From the NCBI RefSeq assembly GCF_000260965.1, contig NC_017856.1, positions 300,001 through 332,000 on the forward strand: 32,000 nucleotides of DNA, read 5' to 3'. The notes under the pieces were generated by a model that was not told the origin of the DNA, made no database searches, and saw only the letters and a program-made list of their open reading frames with translations. The translations under genes and the position numbers were made by a program. Positions 1-10,149 of this stretch are shown here, piece after piece; position 1 is the first letter of the stretch, and each line of letters opens with the position of its first letter. The stretch is from Methylophaga frappieri. Its GTDB lineage: Bacteria > Pseudomonadota > Gammaproteobacteria > Nitrosococcales > Methylophagaceae.

Positions 1-515
1 GATAATCCTTTCCCAAGAGCATTAGCGGCTATTGTGGCAAGCGTAGCGTCTTTACTGTAGGTGAGAGGTAGTAAATTAACGGATTTAGTGCTGAAGAAAA
101 CGAAACCAAAACGGTCATCTGGTCGCTTGCGAACAAACTCGGTCAGGTAATCTTTCGCTATCCGACGCTTTGAGTTATCCCCTCCCACGCTTACCGCAGC
201 CGCTTGCGTTTTCACGGCAAAAGGATCATCCATGCTTCGACTTCGATCCAGTAACAGGACAATCTCAGCGCCTTCACCTAACCGTTCTACTTTTTTTTCT
301 GGCACTTCTGGCGCGGCTAAAGCCAGCAGTAAGCTAGCCATCGCTAGTGTTGTCATACTTTTTAAGAAAATACTGATAAACCGTGAAACAGGATCATTGG
401 GAACCAAAGATACCCAGGCAACCGTTTTATCAAGATTATGATTAAACCAAGGGAGAAGCGCTAACGGTAAAAGTAATAACCAATACGCAGCATCCCACTG
501 TAATCCGAACAGCAT
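1..515 (-). CDS. VWA (von Willebrand factor A) domain protein, BatA-like; 3' end runs off the window
   Basis: Not in the ORF track because it is open to the window edge. My translation of the minus strand from the ATG at 515-513 gives MLFGLQWDAAYWLLLLPLALLPWFNHNLDKTVAWVSLVPNDPVSRFISIFLKSMTTLAMASLLLALAAPEVPEKKVERLGEGAEIVLLLDRSRSMDDPFAVKTQAAAVSVGG..., with no stops. It has N-terminal hydrophobic helices followed by a DxSxS MIDAS motif (LLLDRSRSM). Its start overlaps the upstream stop (TGATG). Confidence 0.65.
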   Translation of the reverse strand, partial: MLFGLQWDAAYWLLLLPLALLPWFNHNLDKTVAWVSLVPNDPVSRFISIFLKSMTTLAMASLLLALAAPEVPEKKVERLGEGAEIVLLLDRSRSMDDPFAVKTQAAAVSVGGDNSKRRIAKDYLTEFVRKRPDDRFGFVFFSTKSVNLLPLTYSKDATLATIAANALGKGL

Positions 516-1381
516 CATGCCAATTTCTCCCGACGACGGCAGTCCTTAGCTAATTGGTGCAATGCATTAAAATTCTGTTGTTCGGCTTGCTTATCACTAA
601 AAAAATGCGCCGAGGAATCAGTAAAAAACTGGCTTATTTCTGCATGAAGAGGGCGTAACCAAGGACATTTCTGCCATAGCGTCTCCAGATTACTTACCAC
701 AAGGACACGATCTGCACTTTGATTAAAAGCAGCATGCAGTATTCGACTGGCCTCTTCCGTATCTGACTGACCAAACCACCGTAGTTTATTCAACGCAAAA
801 ACAGCATGCGCAAAAGGTAAGCGGCGTCTTGGCCTTAAGCCTATGTGCCAAGCGACATAAATCAACAAACTCGCTAATAGGACCCCAGCAGCCAACCAGC
901 TATTACGAACCCAAGACTGCTCGTTAATCATGGTGGTCGCTATATCCGGTTGTGAAACAAAAACGCCATCACTGTTAAGCGCATTTTCTGGTAAAAAGGA
1001 ACCGATTTGGACAGTAGCGCCGGTTACCGCTATCAACTCACCGCTCAAGGTTCTCAACTCGAAACTTGGCGTCAGCACCTCACGGTGATTAGCTGGAACG
1101 TTCACGACCTGAAGTGCCATGATCAATTGACTTTCTTTCAAGTCACTTTCTTTCAAGTAAAACCAGTCACCATGCCGCTTTTGTCGTTGCGGTAAACTCC
1201 TTTCGTCAACCGTAACATTTTCTGGAAGCGCAATCTTTAACGTCAAATTATCGCCGATCAAGAGACCAATTTGACGTTCGGCCGTCGTTGTTGCTGTTAA
1301 TTCGTATTGAATCTGACCAGCGTCATTTGCTGACAACGTTGTTGTGAGTATGAAACCAATAAAGACTATGGCAAAACGCAT
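515..1381 (-). CDS. hypothetical membrane-anchored protein of the MoxR/DUF58/VWA operon
   Basis: 288-aa ORF with a signal-like N-terminus (MRFAIVFIGFILTTTLSA) and one central TM helix (WLAAGVLLASLLIYVAWHIGL). It sits between the DUF58 and VWA genes with short or overlapping junctions. I recognise no catalytic motif. Confidence 0.6.
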   Translation of the reverse strand: MRFAIVFIGFILTTTLSANDAGQIQYELTATTTAERQIGLLIGDNLTLKIALPENVTVDERSLPQRQKRHGDWFYLKESDLKESQLIMALQVVNVPANHREVLTPSFELRTLSGELIAVTGATVQIGSFLPENALNSDGVFVSQPDIATTMINEQSWVRNSWLAAGVLLASLLIYVAWHIGLRPRRRLPFAHAVFALNKLRWFGQSDTEEASRILHAAFNQSADRVLVVSNLETLWQKCPWLRPLHAEISQFFTDSSAHFFSDKQAEQQNFNALHQLAKDCRRREKLA

Positions 1382-1393
1382 TTTTTTGGATTC

Positions 1394-2290
1394 CTAAGAC
1401 TTTTTCATAGCAAAAAAATATGCCGTAAGCTGTTGTGGCGACACGGTATCTCGAACATAAAGTGGTTTGAATTGATACCGCCTAAAGCAGGCATCCAACT
1501 TGGCAAAATGTGACATGCGTTGATTTAGCCAACGCTTGCGCAAACTTGGTCTCATCCACACACTATGTCGCTGACCCGTTTCCGCATCCCGTGTTTCTGT
1601 CCACCCGGCATGAGAAGGAAACAGATCTACGTCATCGTGCTGCCATACAATTGGGATAACCGTAAAATGTGCCAATTTACGTAAAGTCCGTTCTACCAAC
1701 GACACATCACAGCAAAAATCCGATACTAAAAATACCAGGGCGCGCTTGCTATTAATGACCCCAGCAGCATTCAACATGCCCTCTGCACCAGGCTTCAACG
1801 CTTGATTCGACCTAAGAATTTTGTCTGCTGCAAATGCTGGCATACTGCGTTGTCTGGTGGGCATAATTGAGACATCCTGTCTCCACACATGGTCAAACCC
1901 GGTCATAGCGAACTGATCGCCCAAACCAATAGCACTGTAAGCAATCATTTGCGCCAACTCTGCCAGACGTTTTTTATTTGCTGTGGCTAAAACCATTGAT
2001 TGACTCATGTCCGCTAACAACCACAAGGTAATTGAGGATCGTTGCTGATAACGGCGAACCAACCAACGATGCTGGTCATGTTGCGTTGAGTCTATGGCTT
2101 GACTACGAATACTCGCCCGTAAATCCAGTCGTCGCGGATCTGGATAATCAAACAAGTCGGCAAAACCCGCGAACCGATCTCCGCTTCCCATCGCTGAACC
2201 GCTATGTGCGCCAGGAATATGACCAAACACTTTATCCGGAAACCGATAGAAAAATTCCTGCATCGGCAGGTTTGATGGCTTTGTCACCAT
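1394..2290 (-). CDS. DUF58 family protein (VWA-like, MoxR partner)
   Basis: 298-aa ORF directly downstream of the MoxR ATPase (3-nt gap). It has a degenerate VWA-like core (LWLLADMSQSM ... ALVFLVSDF), typical of DUF58 proteins encoded next to MoxR. Confidence 0.7.
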   Translation of the reverse strand: MVTKPSNLPMQEFFYRFPDKVFGHIPGAHSGSAMGSGDRFAGFADLFDYPDPRRLDLRASIRSQAIDSTQHDQHRWLVRRYQQRSSITLWLLADMSQSMVLATANKKRLAELAQMIAYSAIGLGDQFAMTGFDHVWRQDVSIMPTRQRSMPAFAADKILRSNQALKPGAEGMLNAAGVINSKRALVFLVSDFCCDVSLVERTLRKLAHFTVIPIVWQHDDVDLFPSHAGWTETRDAETGQRHSVWMRPSLRKRWLNQRMSHFAKLDACFRRYQFKPLYVRDTVSPQQLTAYFFAMKKS

Positions 2291-2293
2291 GAT

Positions 2294-3313
2294 TTAAGGT
2301 GTCGCAATTTTATCGCGCAAAGCTGTTACGAATTCCGGCATGATTTGTTCGCGCCGACTTTCATATACTGGCGTTAAAAATACGCGATGGGTCATGGTAG
2401 GAAGCAAGACGGCATGAATATCATCAGGTAAAACATGCTCACGACCGGCCAACCAAGCGCATACTTTAGCGGCTCTTACCATAGCGGACATACCTCGTAC
2501 GCTTGCACCTGCGACAACCAAATCTTCAATAAATATATCGGCCATTTCAATGCCATACTGATGCGGCTGCCAACTTGCATCCCAAAGTTTCACCACATAG
2601 TTTTCAATTTCAGTTGAAACATAAATAGATTTTTGAATGAGTCGATCAACCTCATTGAGCGCCTTGTAATCTACTAACGCCGGCTCTATGTTTTCTAGTA
2701 ATTGATTTACGTCATGGAAAGCAGGATCAAAAATCAGCTTGCGACGTTGCGCATCATCTCGTGGCCGACTAATGCTAATTTCAAACAAAAAACGATCCCG
2801 CGCCGCGGCGCTGAGTTCAAACGTCTCTTCTTTTTCTACTGCATTCCGATCAGCAAAAACGACCATATGCGGGAAAAGATATTCTTTACCAAACGCCTCA
2901 ACACTCCGTTCTGCCATTGCACGAAGCAATAATGATTGGACCTGAGGGCGAGCACGATTAATTTCATTAAAGAAAAACACGGCCGTTTCTTCGCCATGCG
3001 CAATCAGTGGTCCCGGATCGATGACAGGTTTGCCATCTGCATCTACCCACGCACTATAGAGTAAATCATTAGGCATTAAGTCAACACTGCCTTCGATGCG
3101 ACCAAAGGCACCGCCTAATGCGCGTGAAAATGCACGTAAAATGGTTGTTTTACCAACACCGACTCCCCCTTCAAGCAATACATGTCCTCGCGCATGCAGG
3201 GCCACCATGATTAATCGAACCGCTTCCTCCTGCCCAATCACCACTTGATTTATGGCCTGCTCAAGCGATAACGCTTGCTGCCTTGCTGATTCAAGTTGTT
3301 GCAAACCGATCAT
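2294..3313 (-). CDS. MoxR-family AAA+ ATPase
   Basis: 339 aa with Walker A GGVGVGKT and Walker B-like VFFFNEINR. The overall MoxR layout (QEEAVRLIMVALHARGHVLLEGGVGVGKT) and the C-terminal lid region are present. Confidence 0.85.
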   Translation of the reverse strand: MIGLQQLESARQQALSLEQAINQVVIGQEEAVRLIMVALHARGHVLLEGGVGVGKTTILRAFSRALGGAFGRIEGSVDLMPNDLLYSAWVDADGKPVIDPGPLIAHGEETAVFFFNEINRARPQVQSLLLRAMAERSVEAFGKEYLFPHMVVFADRNAVEKEETFELSAAARDRFLFEISISRPRDDAQRRKLIFDPAFHDVNQLLENIEPALVDYKALNEVDRLIQKSIYVSTEIENYVVKLWDASWQPHQYGIEMADIFIEDLVVAGASVRGMSAMVRAAKVCAWLAGREHVLPDDIHAVLLPTMTHRVFLTPVYESRREQIMPEFVTALRDKIATP

Positions 3314-3352
3314 GAATACTCCCTACCCTTTCATTTTGATAATTCCAGTCAA

Positions 3353-3763
3353 TTAATTTATTGACCAAGCGTATTTCAAAAAACTGATACCAACCCAAGT
3401 AAAGCCAATGGTCGTAATGACAAAGCTGATTGCCGAAAAAATCTTCCAACGCACTTTATTCCAAAACTCTGGATCGAATGCTGCTATGACAAAAATGGTG
3501 GGATTCGTAAAACCACCTACGGCAACACACCAACATGCAACACTAGCCAACTCAATCCCCGCCCCTTTTGCCGCACCATAAAAACCCAGGCTGAATAATG
3601 CCATTAAGGCATAATCAACATGCGCTCTAATCATGGTTTTATAGTCAACTAAAAAATCCCCATCAATACCCTGTATGGGAAACCATCTCGCAAAGGTCAT
3701 CAGCCACGCTGATAAAATCAATGCGGCCATCATCGCAACAGCACCTATCAATAACACTGACAT
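3353..3763 (-). CDS. small integral membrane protein, unknown function (about 4 TM)
   Basis: The ORF track gives 3353-3850. I prefer the internal ATG at 3763 (MSVLLIGAVAMM...) because it has a perfect AAGGAG Shine-Dalgarno 6 nt upstream. The protein is hydrophobic throughout. Confidence 0.55.
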   Translation of the reverse strand: MSVLLIGAVAMMAALILSAWLMTFARWFPIQGIDGDFLVDYKTMIRAHVDYALMALFSLGFYGAAKGAGIELASVACWCVAVGGFTNPTIFVIAAFDPEFWNKVRWKIFSAISFVITTIGFTWVGISFLKYAWSIN

Positions 3764-3936
3764 CACGCTCTCCTTGTTTATGTTGAGTGCGTTATTGAAT
3801 AGGACATTGTGTGTAATAACACCTGATATCTGCCTGCCAGTCTCGGGCAAATTTCCCGCAATGTAAATATATACTTTCCTAGATCACCGCAACCTTTTAG
3901 ACTGAACGAATGTTTCACTCGCATTTTTAGACGGCA

Positions 3937-5289
3937 ATGAATCTACAACGTCAGCTGTTGATTCGCATGGTATTTATCGCATTACTCTGCGTATTTGGTA
4001 GCGGTTATTTCGTGCTCTACCAAACGAATCAGCAAGCTTTATTTGAAGCAAAAGAAACCGCTAAAAGAGTTGAACATCAATTCAAAAATCAGTTGCTGGA
4101 AATGTTTCAACGTTATGACTTCAATCGTTCATTTCCAGATCAAGCCTTATGGCAACAGATCAAAAGTGTGCCGGGATCCTGCATACAATTTTTATCGCGT
4201 ACACAAAGCCGGGAAAGGAATCTCTGTAACGCCGCACTAAGCGAAATAAAGTTTCCATACTGGTTTGGCAAGCTGTACCAACACTTTTTTCGACCGGTTG
4301 ATGAAGTCAGACAACCGGTCAGCTTTAATGCCATACAATACGGTATCGTTTTGGTTACTTTAAATTCACAGCTAGAAACCACCCGGGCATGGAAAAATTT
4401 ACGTGCTGTCACTGGCGTGATGACCGTGACTTTATTGATCCTGTGTTTGTTTATTTTTTTAGTTTTTCAACGTCTGCTTCGTCCGGCCAAACAAATTGTC
4501 AACGGCCTCGAAAAAATGCGCGAAGGTCAACTCCATTATCAGTTACCAGATTTTGAGATCAATGAGTGGAAACAAACCAGTTCAGCCATTAATGCTCTCG
4601 CCAAAAGCCAGCTCGATATTCTGCGTGAAAATAGGCGCTTAACATTAAAGCTGATGAATACTCAGGAGGATGAACGCCGCTATATCGCTCGTGAGCTTCA
4701 TGATGAATTTGCCCAATGTTTAGCTGGCATTAATGCAACCACAGCAAGTATGCGAATGAGTGTCAAAGATAGTTCGTCATCAATTCGCGCCGAGTTAGAT
4801 AGTATCAACCAAATCACTGAACACATGATGACAGCGCTCAGAAGTTTATTAATACGACTTAGGCCTGTCGAAGTGGATGAAATCGGTTTACGGGCAAGCC
4901 TGCAAAAACTAATTAAAAGCTGGCAACAACGTAGCGTTGATCAAATTGAGATAAAGTTACTTCTCTCTGCAAATCTTGAAGAACTCCCAGATCCCTTACC
5001 CATAAACATCTACCGAATCATTCAGGAAGCATTAACCAACATTGCCAAGCACGCCAATGCAACACAAGTCGATATTGTCATCGACCAAACCTTGGATCAA
5101 CAGCTATCAATGGTCATCAAAGACAATGGACAAAATGTTCAAGCAGACATACAGCCAGGAATGGGCTTACTTGGTATAAATGAACGTGTTGATGCATTAG
5201 GTGGCACAAGTAAAGTTTTTTGTGACACTGACGGCGGATTTATAATGCATATAACACTCCCGCTACATCAATTGCAGGAGACGCCATGA
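3937..5289 (+). CDS. sensor histidine kinase, NarX/UhpB-type (HisKA_3)
   Basis: 450 aa with two TM helices flanking a ~140-aa periplasmic region, then a HAMP-like linker. The H-box is ERRYIARELHDEFAQCL and the HATPase has N and G boxes (EALTNIAKHA; GMGLLGINERV). It overlaps the downstream regulator by 4 nt. Confidence 0.85.
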   Translation: MNLQRQLLIRMVFIALLCVFGSGYFVLYQTNQQALFEAKETAKRVEHQFKNQLLEMFQRYDFNRSFPDQALWQQIKSVPGSCIQFLSRTQSRERNLCNAALSEIKFPYWFGKLYQHFFRPVDEVRQPVSFNAIQYGIVLVTLNSQLETTRAWKNLRAVTGVMTVTLLILCLFIFLVFQRLLRPAKQIVNGLEKMREGQLHYQLPDFEINEWKQTSSAINALAKSQLDILRENRRLTLKLMNTQEDERRYIARELHDEFAQCLAGINATTASMRMSVKDSSSSIRAELDSINQITEHMMTALRSLLIRLRPVEVDEIGLRASLQKLIKSWQQRSVDQIEIKLLLSANLEELPDPLPINIYRIIQEALTNIAKHANATQVDIVIDQTLDQQLSMVIKDNGQNVQADIQPGMGLLGINERVDALGGTSKVFCDTDGGFIMHITLPLHQLQETP

Positions 5290-5957
5290 GCCCCATTCGC
5301 ATCCTTTTAATAGATGATCATGCCATCGTGCGAGAAGGTTACCGAGCTTTATTAGAAAAACAGCCACAATTTCATGTTGTTGCTGAAGCCGACAATGCGC
5401 AAAAAGCGTATCAGCTTTTTCAATCCATTCATCCCGATATTGTCATTCTGGATATTTCGCTTCCAGGCCAAAGTGGTTTAGAAGCAATAAAACGTATCCG
5501 GCAGTTTGATAATAACGCGCGTGTCATTGTTTTCAGTATGCATCAAAATCCAAGCTTTGCTATCCAAGCAACAAGGGCTGGTGCATTAGGTTACATAACG
5601 AAAAGTAGCGATCCAACCCTACTCATTCGAAGTATTTTTGACGTCCTAGAAAATAAGGTCAGTCTTAGTCCTGATATTGCACAAGCACTCGCAATAGAAA
5701 AGTTGGGACATAACCAGATGAGGCTTGACGACCTGACAGTGAGAGAGTTTGAGATTTTACGTTTGCTTTTAGAGGCGCGGCCTCATCATCAAATTGGCGA
5801 AATGCTGAATATCAGCACTAAAACTGTTTCAAATGCCCATTACATCATTAAGCGAAAACTTGATGTAAATAGCGATATTGAACTTACCCGCCTCGCCATT
5901 CGCATGAGGCTATTAGACCTTCGCGAATTAATTAACGAGGCAGATGAGTCCAACTAG
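5286..5957 (+). CDS. NarL/FixJ-family response regulator (REC + LuxR-type HTH)
   Basis: 223 aa. The receiver domain shows ILLIDDH and a phospho-acceptor context VILDISLPG. The C-terminus carries a LuxR HTH (LTVREFEILRLLLEARPHHQIGEMLNISTKTVSNAHYIIKRKL). Confidence 0.85.
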   Translation: MSPIRILLIDDHAIVREGYRALLEKQPQFHVVAEADNAQKAYQLFQSIHPDIVILDISLPGQSGLEAIKRIRQFDNNARVIVFSMHQNPSFAIQATRAGALGYITKSSDPTLLIRSIFDVLENKVSLSPDIAQALAIEKLGHNQMRLDDLTVREFEILRLLLEARPHHQIGEMLNISTKTVSNAHYIIKRKLDVNSDIELTRLAIRMRLLDLRELINEADESN

Positions 5958-5961
5958 TTGT

Positions 5962-7533
5962 TTATGCGGCTTTGTCTTTGTCGTCAAAGTCGGTGCGAAT
6001 CAGATAATCAAAAGCCCCTAATGCTGCTCGTGCACCTTCGCCCATTGCCATAATAATCTGCTTGTATGGAATGGTAGTGACATCCCCTGCAGCAAATACA
6101 CCCGGCATTGAGGTGGCACCATGCGCATCAATTTCGATTTCGCCATATTTGCTCAATGACAACGTGTCTTTCAAAAAGTCGGTATTTGGCAATAAACCAA
6201 TCTGGACGAACACGCCGGCGACTTCCAGATGATGGCTTTCACCGGTTGCCCGATCTTCATAGTTCAAGCCATTGACTTTGTTGTCCGCACCCGTAATTTC
6301 ACGAGTTTGAGCCCCAATCAGCACCGTGACATTATCCAGACTGTGCAGTTTTTTCTGCAAGACTGCGTCTGCCTTCAATTGATCGTTGTACTCGAGCAAA
6401 GTGACATGACCCACAATACCTGCCAGATCAATGGCTGCTTCTACGCCAGAATTACCACCACCAATAACCGACACGTGCTTGCCCTTAAATAACGGACCAT
6501 CACAGTGCGGGCAGTAGGCAACGCCGTGACCACGATATTCCGCCTCACCTGGTACACCGAGCTCCCGCCAGCGCGCACCTGTGGCCACAATCACCGATTT
6601 ACTGGTCAATGTCGCACCGCTTTCCAGTTCCACGGTGATCATTTTATCTTTCTGACGCAGCTTACTAGCACGCTGCAGATTCATCACATCCACATCATAA
6701 TCTTTCACATGCTCTTCCAGCGCCGCAACTAATTGCGGCCCTTCAGTGGCCTTGACCGAAATAAAGTTTTCGATAGCGAGCGTGTCCATCACCTGACCAC
6801 CGAAGCGCTCAGCAACAATACCGGTTCGAATGCCTTTACGCGAAGCATAAATGGACGCGGAAGCACCTGCCGGACCGCCGCCGATGATTAACACATCAAA
6901 CGGATCTTTCTGACTGATTTTTTCTGCTTCCCGCTTAACTGCACCCGTATCCAGTTTGCCGATAATTTCCGCCAGACTCGTGCGACCCTGAGCAAACTGT
7001 TTGTTATTCAGGTAAACCGTCGGCACCGCCATGATTTGCTTTTCGGTCACGTCTTCTTGGAACAGCGCACCATCAATCATGGTGTGGCTGATCTTGGGAT
7101 TAATCGCCGCCATTAAATTCAGCGCCTGAACAACTTCAGGGCAATTCTGGCAAGACAGCGAAATATAAGTCTCGAAGTGCAAATCGCCTTCGAGATGACG
7201 TATTTGTTCGATAACTTCAGGCTCGGTCTTCATCGGATGGCCACCGACATGCAGTAAAGCCAAAACCAATGACGTAAACTCGTGTCCCATCGGAATACCA
7301 GCAAAGCGGATTTGCTCGTGCCCCTCTGGTTGTTTAACCCGGAAAGATGGCTGACGTGCGTTATTATCACTGTCATCCAGTGTAATAAAATCGGACATAT
7401 CTGCAATTTCTACCAGTAATTCACGCATTTCCTGCGCTTTTTGAGTGGCATTGAGAGACGCCAGCAAATGGACTGGACGCTTCAAATTTTGCAAATAGGT
7501 TTTTAATTGTTCCGCAATTTTTGCATCTAACAT
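5962..7533 (-). CDS. ahpF: alkyl hydroperoxide reductase subunit F
   Basis: 523 aa with an N-terminal thioredoxin-like CxxC (SCQNCP), a GGGPAG FAD motif and the redox-active CPHCDGP. It lies downstream of ahpC. Confidence 0.92.
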   Translation of the reverse strand: MLDAKIAEQLKTYLQNLKRPVHLLASLNATQKAQEMRELLVEIADMSDFITLDDSDNNARQPSFRVKQPEGHEQIRFAGIPMGHEFTSLVLALLHVGGHPMKTEPEVIEQIRHLEGDLHFETYISLSCQNCPEVVQALNLMAAINPKISHTMIDGALFQEDVTEKQIMAVPTVYLNNKQFAQGRTSLAEIIGKLDTGAVKREAEKISQKDPFDVLIIGGGPAGASASIYASRKGIRTGIVAERFGGQVMDTLAIENFISVKATEGPQLVAALEEHVKDYDVDVMNLQRASKLRQKDKMITVELESGATLTSKSVIVATGARWRELGVPGEAEYRGHGVAYCPHCDGPLFKGKHVSVIGGGNSGVEAAIDLAGIVGHVTLLEYNDQLKADAVLQKKLHSLDNVTVLIGAQTREITGADNKVNGLNYEDRATGESHHLEVAGVFVQIGLLPNTDFLKDTLSLSKYGEIEIDAHGATSMPGVFAAGDVTTIPYKQIIMAMGEGARAALGAFDYLIRTDFDDKDKAA

Positions 7534-7575
7534 AAGGCACCTGCCTAAATAAATTTTGTTGATTTTAAGTGGTAC

Positions 7576-7591
7576 CCGGGCCGAAGCCCGG
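7576..7591 (-). other. GC-rich stem-loop in the ahpC-ahpF spacer (possible attenuator or partial terminator)
   Basis: CCGGGC-CGAA-GCCCGG is a perfect 6-bp stem with a 4-nt loop, 21 nt after the ahpC stop. The T tract after it on the minus strand is weak. Confidence 0.45.
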
Positions 7592-7611
7592 ACACCAGAG
7601 CCAGCAATGAA

Positions 7612-8178
7612 TTAGATTTTGCCGACCAGATCCAGTGAAGGAGAAAGCGTCTCTTCACCTGGCTGCCAAGAAGCTGGGCAAACTTCACCATCATGTGATG
7701 CCACATACTGAGCGGCTTGAATTTTACGAACCAGCTCTTTTGCACTGCGGCCAATGCCCAGATCATGGACTTCACATACTTTGATAGATCCTTCTGGATC
7801 CATCACAAACGTACCGCGAAGTGCCAGACCATCTTCTTCAATCATGACTTCAAAGTTACGACTAATTACACCGGTTGGGTCGCCGATCATAGGGAATTTG
7901 ATCTTCTTAATCGTTTCAGAAGCATCATGCCAAGCTTTATGTGTGAAGTGAGTATCCGTTGAAACCGAGTACACTTCTACGCCCATTTCCTGAAGCTGGT
8001 CATAATAATCTGCCAGATCACCCAATTCGGTTGGACAAACAAAGGTGAAGTCAGCTGGGTAGAAGAATACCACTGACCATTTGCCCTTCAGATCAGCATC
8101 ACTGACCGGAATGAATTCACCATTATGGTAAGCCGTGGCTTTAAATGGCTTAATCGCTGTATTAATTAACGTTGACAT
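7612..8178 (-). CDS. ahpC: peroxiredoxin, alkyl hydroperoxide reductase subunit C
   Basis: 188 aa with the peroxidatic Cys motif FTFVCPTE and a resolving Cys near the C-terminus (EVCPASW). Confidence 0.93.
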   Translation of the reverse strand: MSTLINTAIKPFKATAYHNGEFIPVSDADLKGKWSVVFFYPADFTFVCPTELGDLADYYDQLQEMGVEVYSVSTDTHFTHKAWHDASETIKKIKFPMIGDPTGVISRNFEVMIEEDGLALRGTFVMDPEGSIKVCEVHDLGIGRSAKELVRKIQAAQYVASHDGEVCPASWQPGEETLSPSLDLVGKI

Positions 8179-8445
8179 GCTTTTAGCTCCTTTTGATTGT
8201 CAGAAACGACTATTGCATTTTATTGTCGCCCTATTAAATGGTCAAACAACTTAATTCTATTAAACTAATCGCTTAAAACGATTAAGTGGTGACCAAGAAA
8301 AATCCCCAAATTTAAATCATAGAGATTTCATACTTTGCAACTCTGAAAACGTTGCATTATCAACCTCGTCTACCGAAGTCTTTTTCTACATAATCCCGCT
8401 CATCAGGAAAACAACCAGTCAGTCGTTTTCTGGTAAGCAGAAATA

Positions 8446-9753
8446 TCAGGTTGATGATTCTTTCTCAGAAACCGCAGCAACAATTTGCGCGATCGCATGG
8501 GTCAGTACCCGCAATTGCTGCGTGTTGATAATATAAGGCGGCATAATGTAGATAAGATGACGAAAAGGACGGATCCAGACCCCCTGATCCACAATAAATG
8601 CTGGTAACCAATCCATATGTGGGTCTAATGGCACAGTCAATTCAACGACGCCGATAGCGCCTTTAACACGAACATCTTTAACCAAATCTTGCTTGGCCAA
8701 AGGCGCTAAATCAGATTGCAACTGGGCTGAAATCGACTGAACCGATTGTTGCCAGTCGGATGCCAAAAGCAGATCGATACTTTCACAAGCCACCCGACAC
8801 GCTAAAGGATTGCCCATAAACGTCGGCCCATGCATCAAAACGCCTTGACCATCTGCCGAGATACCTGTTGCCACTTGCTGGCTGCATAAAGTTGCCGCCA
8901 GCGTCATATAGCCGCCTGTTAACGCCTTACCAAGACAGAGAATATCCGGCACAACGTCAGCCGCTTGATAGGCAAAAAGATGACCGGTTCGGCCAAAACC
9001 GGTGGCAATTTCATCAAATATCAATAGCAAGCCATACTCGTCACAGAGTTGACGTAGCGCTTTCAAATAGTGAGCAGAGTAAAACCGCATACCACCAGCG
9101 CCTTGTACCAAAGGCTCAATAATCACTGCTGCCATGGTGTCGTGATGCTGTGCAATTAATGCACGAACCGGTTCAATATCACGCTCATGCCAATCCTCGT
9201 CGCTGCCGCACTGCGGCGGTGGTGCAAAAATCTGTTTCGCTAACACACCAGAAAAGTGGCTGTGCATACCATTGACAGGATCACAAACTGACATAGCACC
9301 AAAAGTATCGCCATGATAACCACCACGGACGGTCAATAAGGTATGGCGTTGTGATTTACCCTGCGCAATCCAGTATTGCAAGGCCATTTTTATTGCAACT
9401 TCAACAGAAACCGATCCGGTATCAGCGAGGAAAACATAGTCTAATGCGGGATCCGTCAGATCGATCAAACGACGTGCGAGACTGACCGCAGGATCATGGG
9501 TTAAACCACCAAACATGACGTGCGCCATTTTATCGATTTGGTCTTTGGCGGCTTGATTCAAACGGGGATGGTTGTACCCATGAATGGCAGACCACCAGGA
9601 TGACATGCCATCAATCACTCGCCGACCATCAGCGAGGTTGAGGTAAACACCGGATGCAGAAACAACTTCGTGAAGTAACGGCGGCTGGGTGACACTGCTG
9701 TATGGATGCCATAAATGCGCGGCATCAAACGCAAGGTTATCAGACTGAGTCAT
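8446..9753 (-). CDS. bioA: adenosylmethionine-8-amino-7-oxononanoate aminotransferase
   Basis: 435 aa class-III aminotransferase with WHPY near the N-terminus, DEIATGFGRTG and the PLP-lysine context LCLGKALTGGY. Confidence 0.85.
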   Translation of the reverse strand: MTQSDNLAFDAAHLWHPYSSVTQPPLLHEVVSASGVYLNLADGRRVIDGMSSWWSAIHGYNHPRLNQAAKDQIDKMAHVMFGGLTHDPAVSLARRLIDLTDPALDYVFLADTGSVSVEVAIKMALQYWIAQGKSQRHTLLTVRGGYHGDTFGAMSVCDPVNGMHSHFSGVLAKQIFAPPPQCGSDEDWHERDIEPVRALIAQHHDTMAAVIIEPLVQGAGGMRFYSAHYLKALRQLCDEYGLLLIFDEIATGFGRTGHLFAYQAADVVPDILCLGKALTGGYMTLAATLCSQQVATGISADGQGVLMHGPTFMGNPLACRVACESIDLLLASDWQQSVQSISAQLQSDLAPLAKQDLVKDVRVKGAIGVVELTVPLDPHMDWLPAFIVDQGVWIRPFRHLIYIMPPYIINTQQLRVLTHAIAQIVAAVSEKESST

Positions 9754-9814
9754 GTTGCCTGTTGACTGGAATATAGAATTAAACGTTGTTGCCCGAAAAA
9801 GTTATGGGCGAGGG

Positions 9815-10147
9815 TTACTTGGTGACGCTAAAACTTTCACCGCAACCGCACTCTGAGGTGACGTTCGGATTACGAAATTTAAAGCTCTGGTTAAGCCCTT
9901 CTCGAACAAAGTCCAGTTCCATTCCCTCGAGCATCGGCAGACTTGCTTTATCTATCACTACTTTCACATCACCTTGAGCAATGACTTCATCATCGCTGGT
10001 GACTTCTTCTGCGTAATCCAACGCGTAGCTAAAGCCAGAGCAACCGCTTTTAACCACGCCTATGCGCAGCCCGACACCACTGCCCCGCTTCATGACCATG
10101 TCTCTAACCCGTTTAACCGCTGCTTCTGTCAGTTTAATAGTCATCAT
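9815..10147 (-). CDS. iscA: A-type iron-sulfur cluster carrier (HesB/IscA family)
   Basis: 110 aa. An internal Cys (KSGCSGF) plus the C-terminal CGCGESF provide the three conserved cluster ligands. There is a 2-nt gap after the desulfurase gene. Confidence 0.8.
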   Translation of the reverse strand: MMTIKLTEAAVKRVRDMVMKRGSGVGLRIGVVKSGCSGFSYALDYAEEVTSDDEVIAQGDVKVVIDKASLPMLEGMELDFVREGLNQSFKFRNPNVTSECGCGESFSVTK

Positions 10148-10149
10148 AA

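Noticed and set aside
6229-6732. Plus-strand ORFs inside ahpF, and many similar 60-115-aa antisense ORFs (for example 1007-1195, 2032-2292, 12052-12399, 13022-13294, 23774-24067, 29727-30080)
   Set aside because: These are shadow ORFs opposite strongly supported genes. None has a recognisable motif or start context.
8195-8265. Possible OxyR operator upstream of ahpC (three CTAT elements at about 22-25-bp spacing)
   Set aside because: The partner ATAG half-sites required by the ATAG-N7-CTAT consensus are absent or poor. The match is no better than chance in AT-rich DNA.
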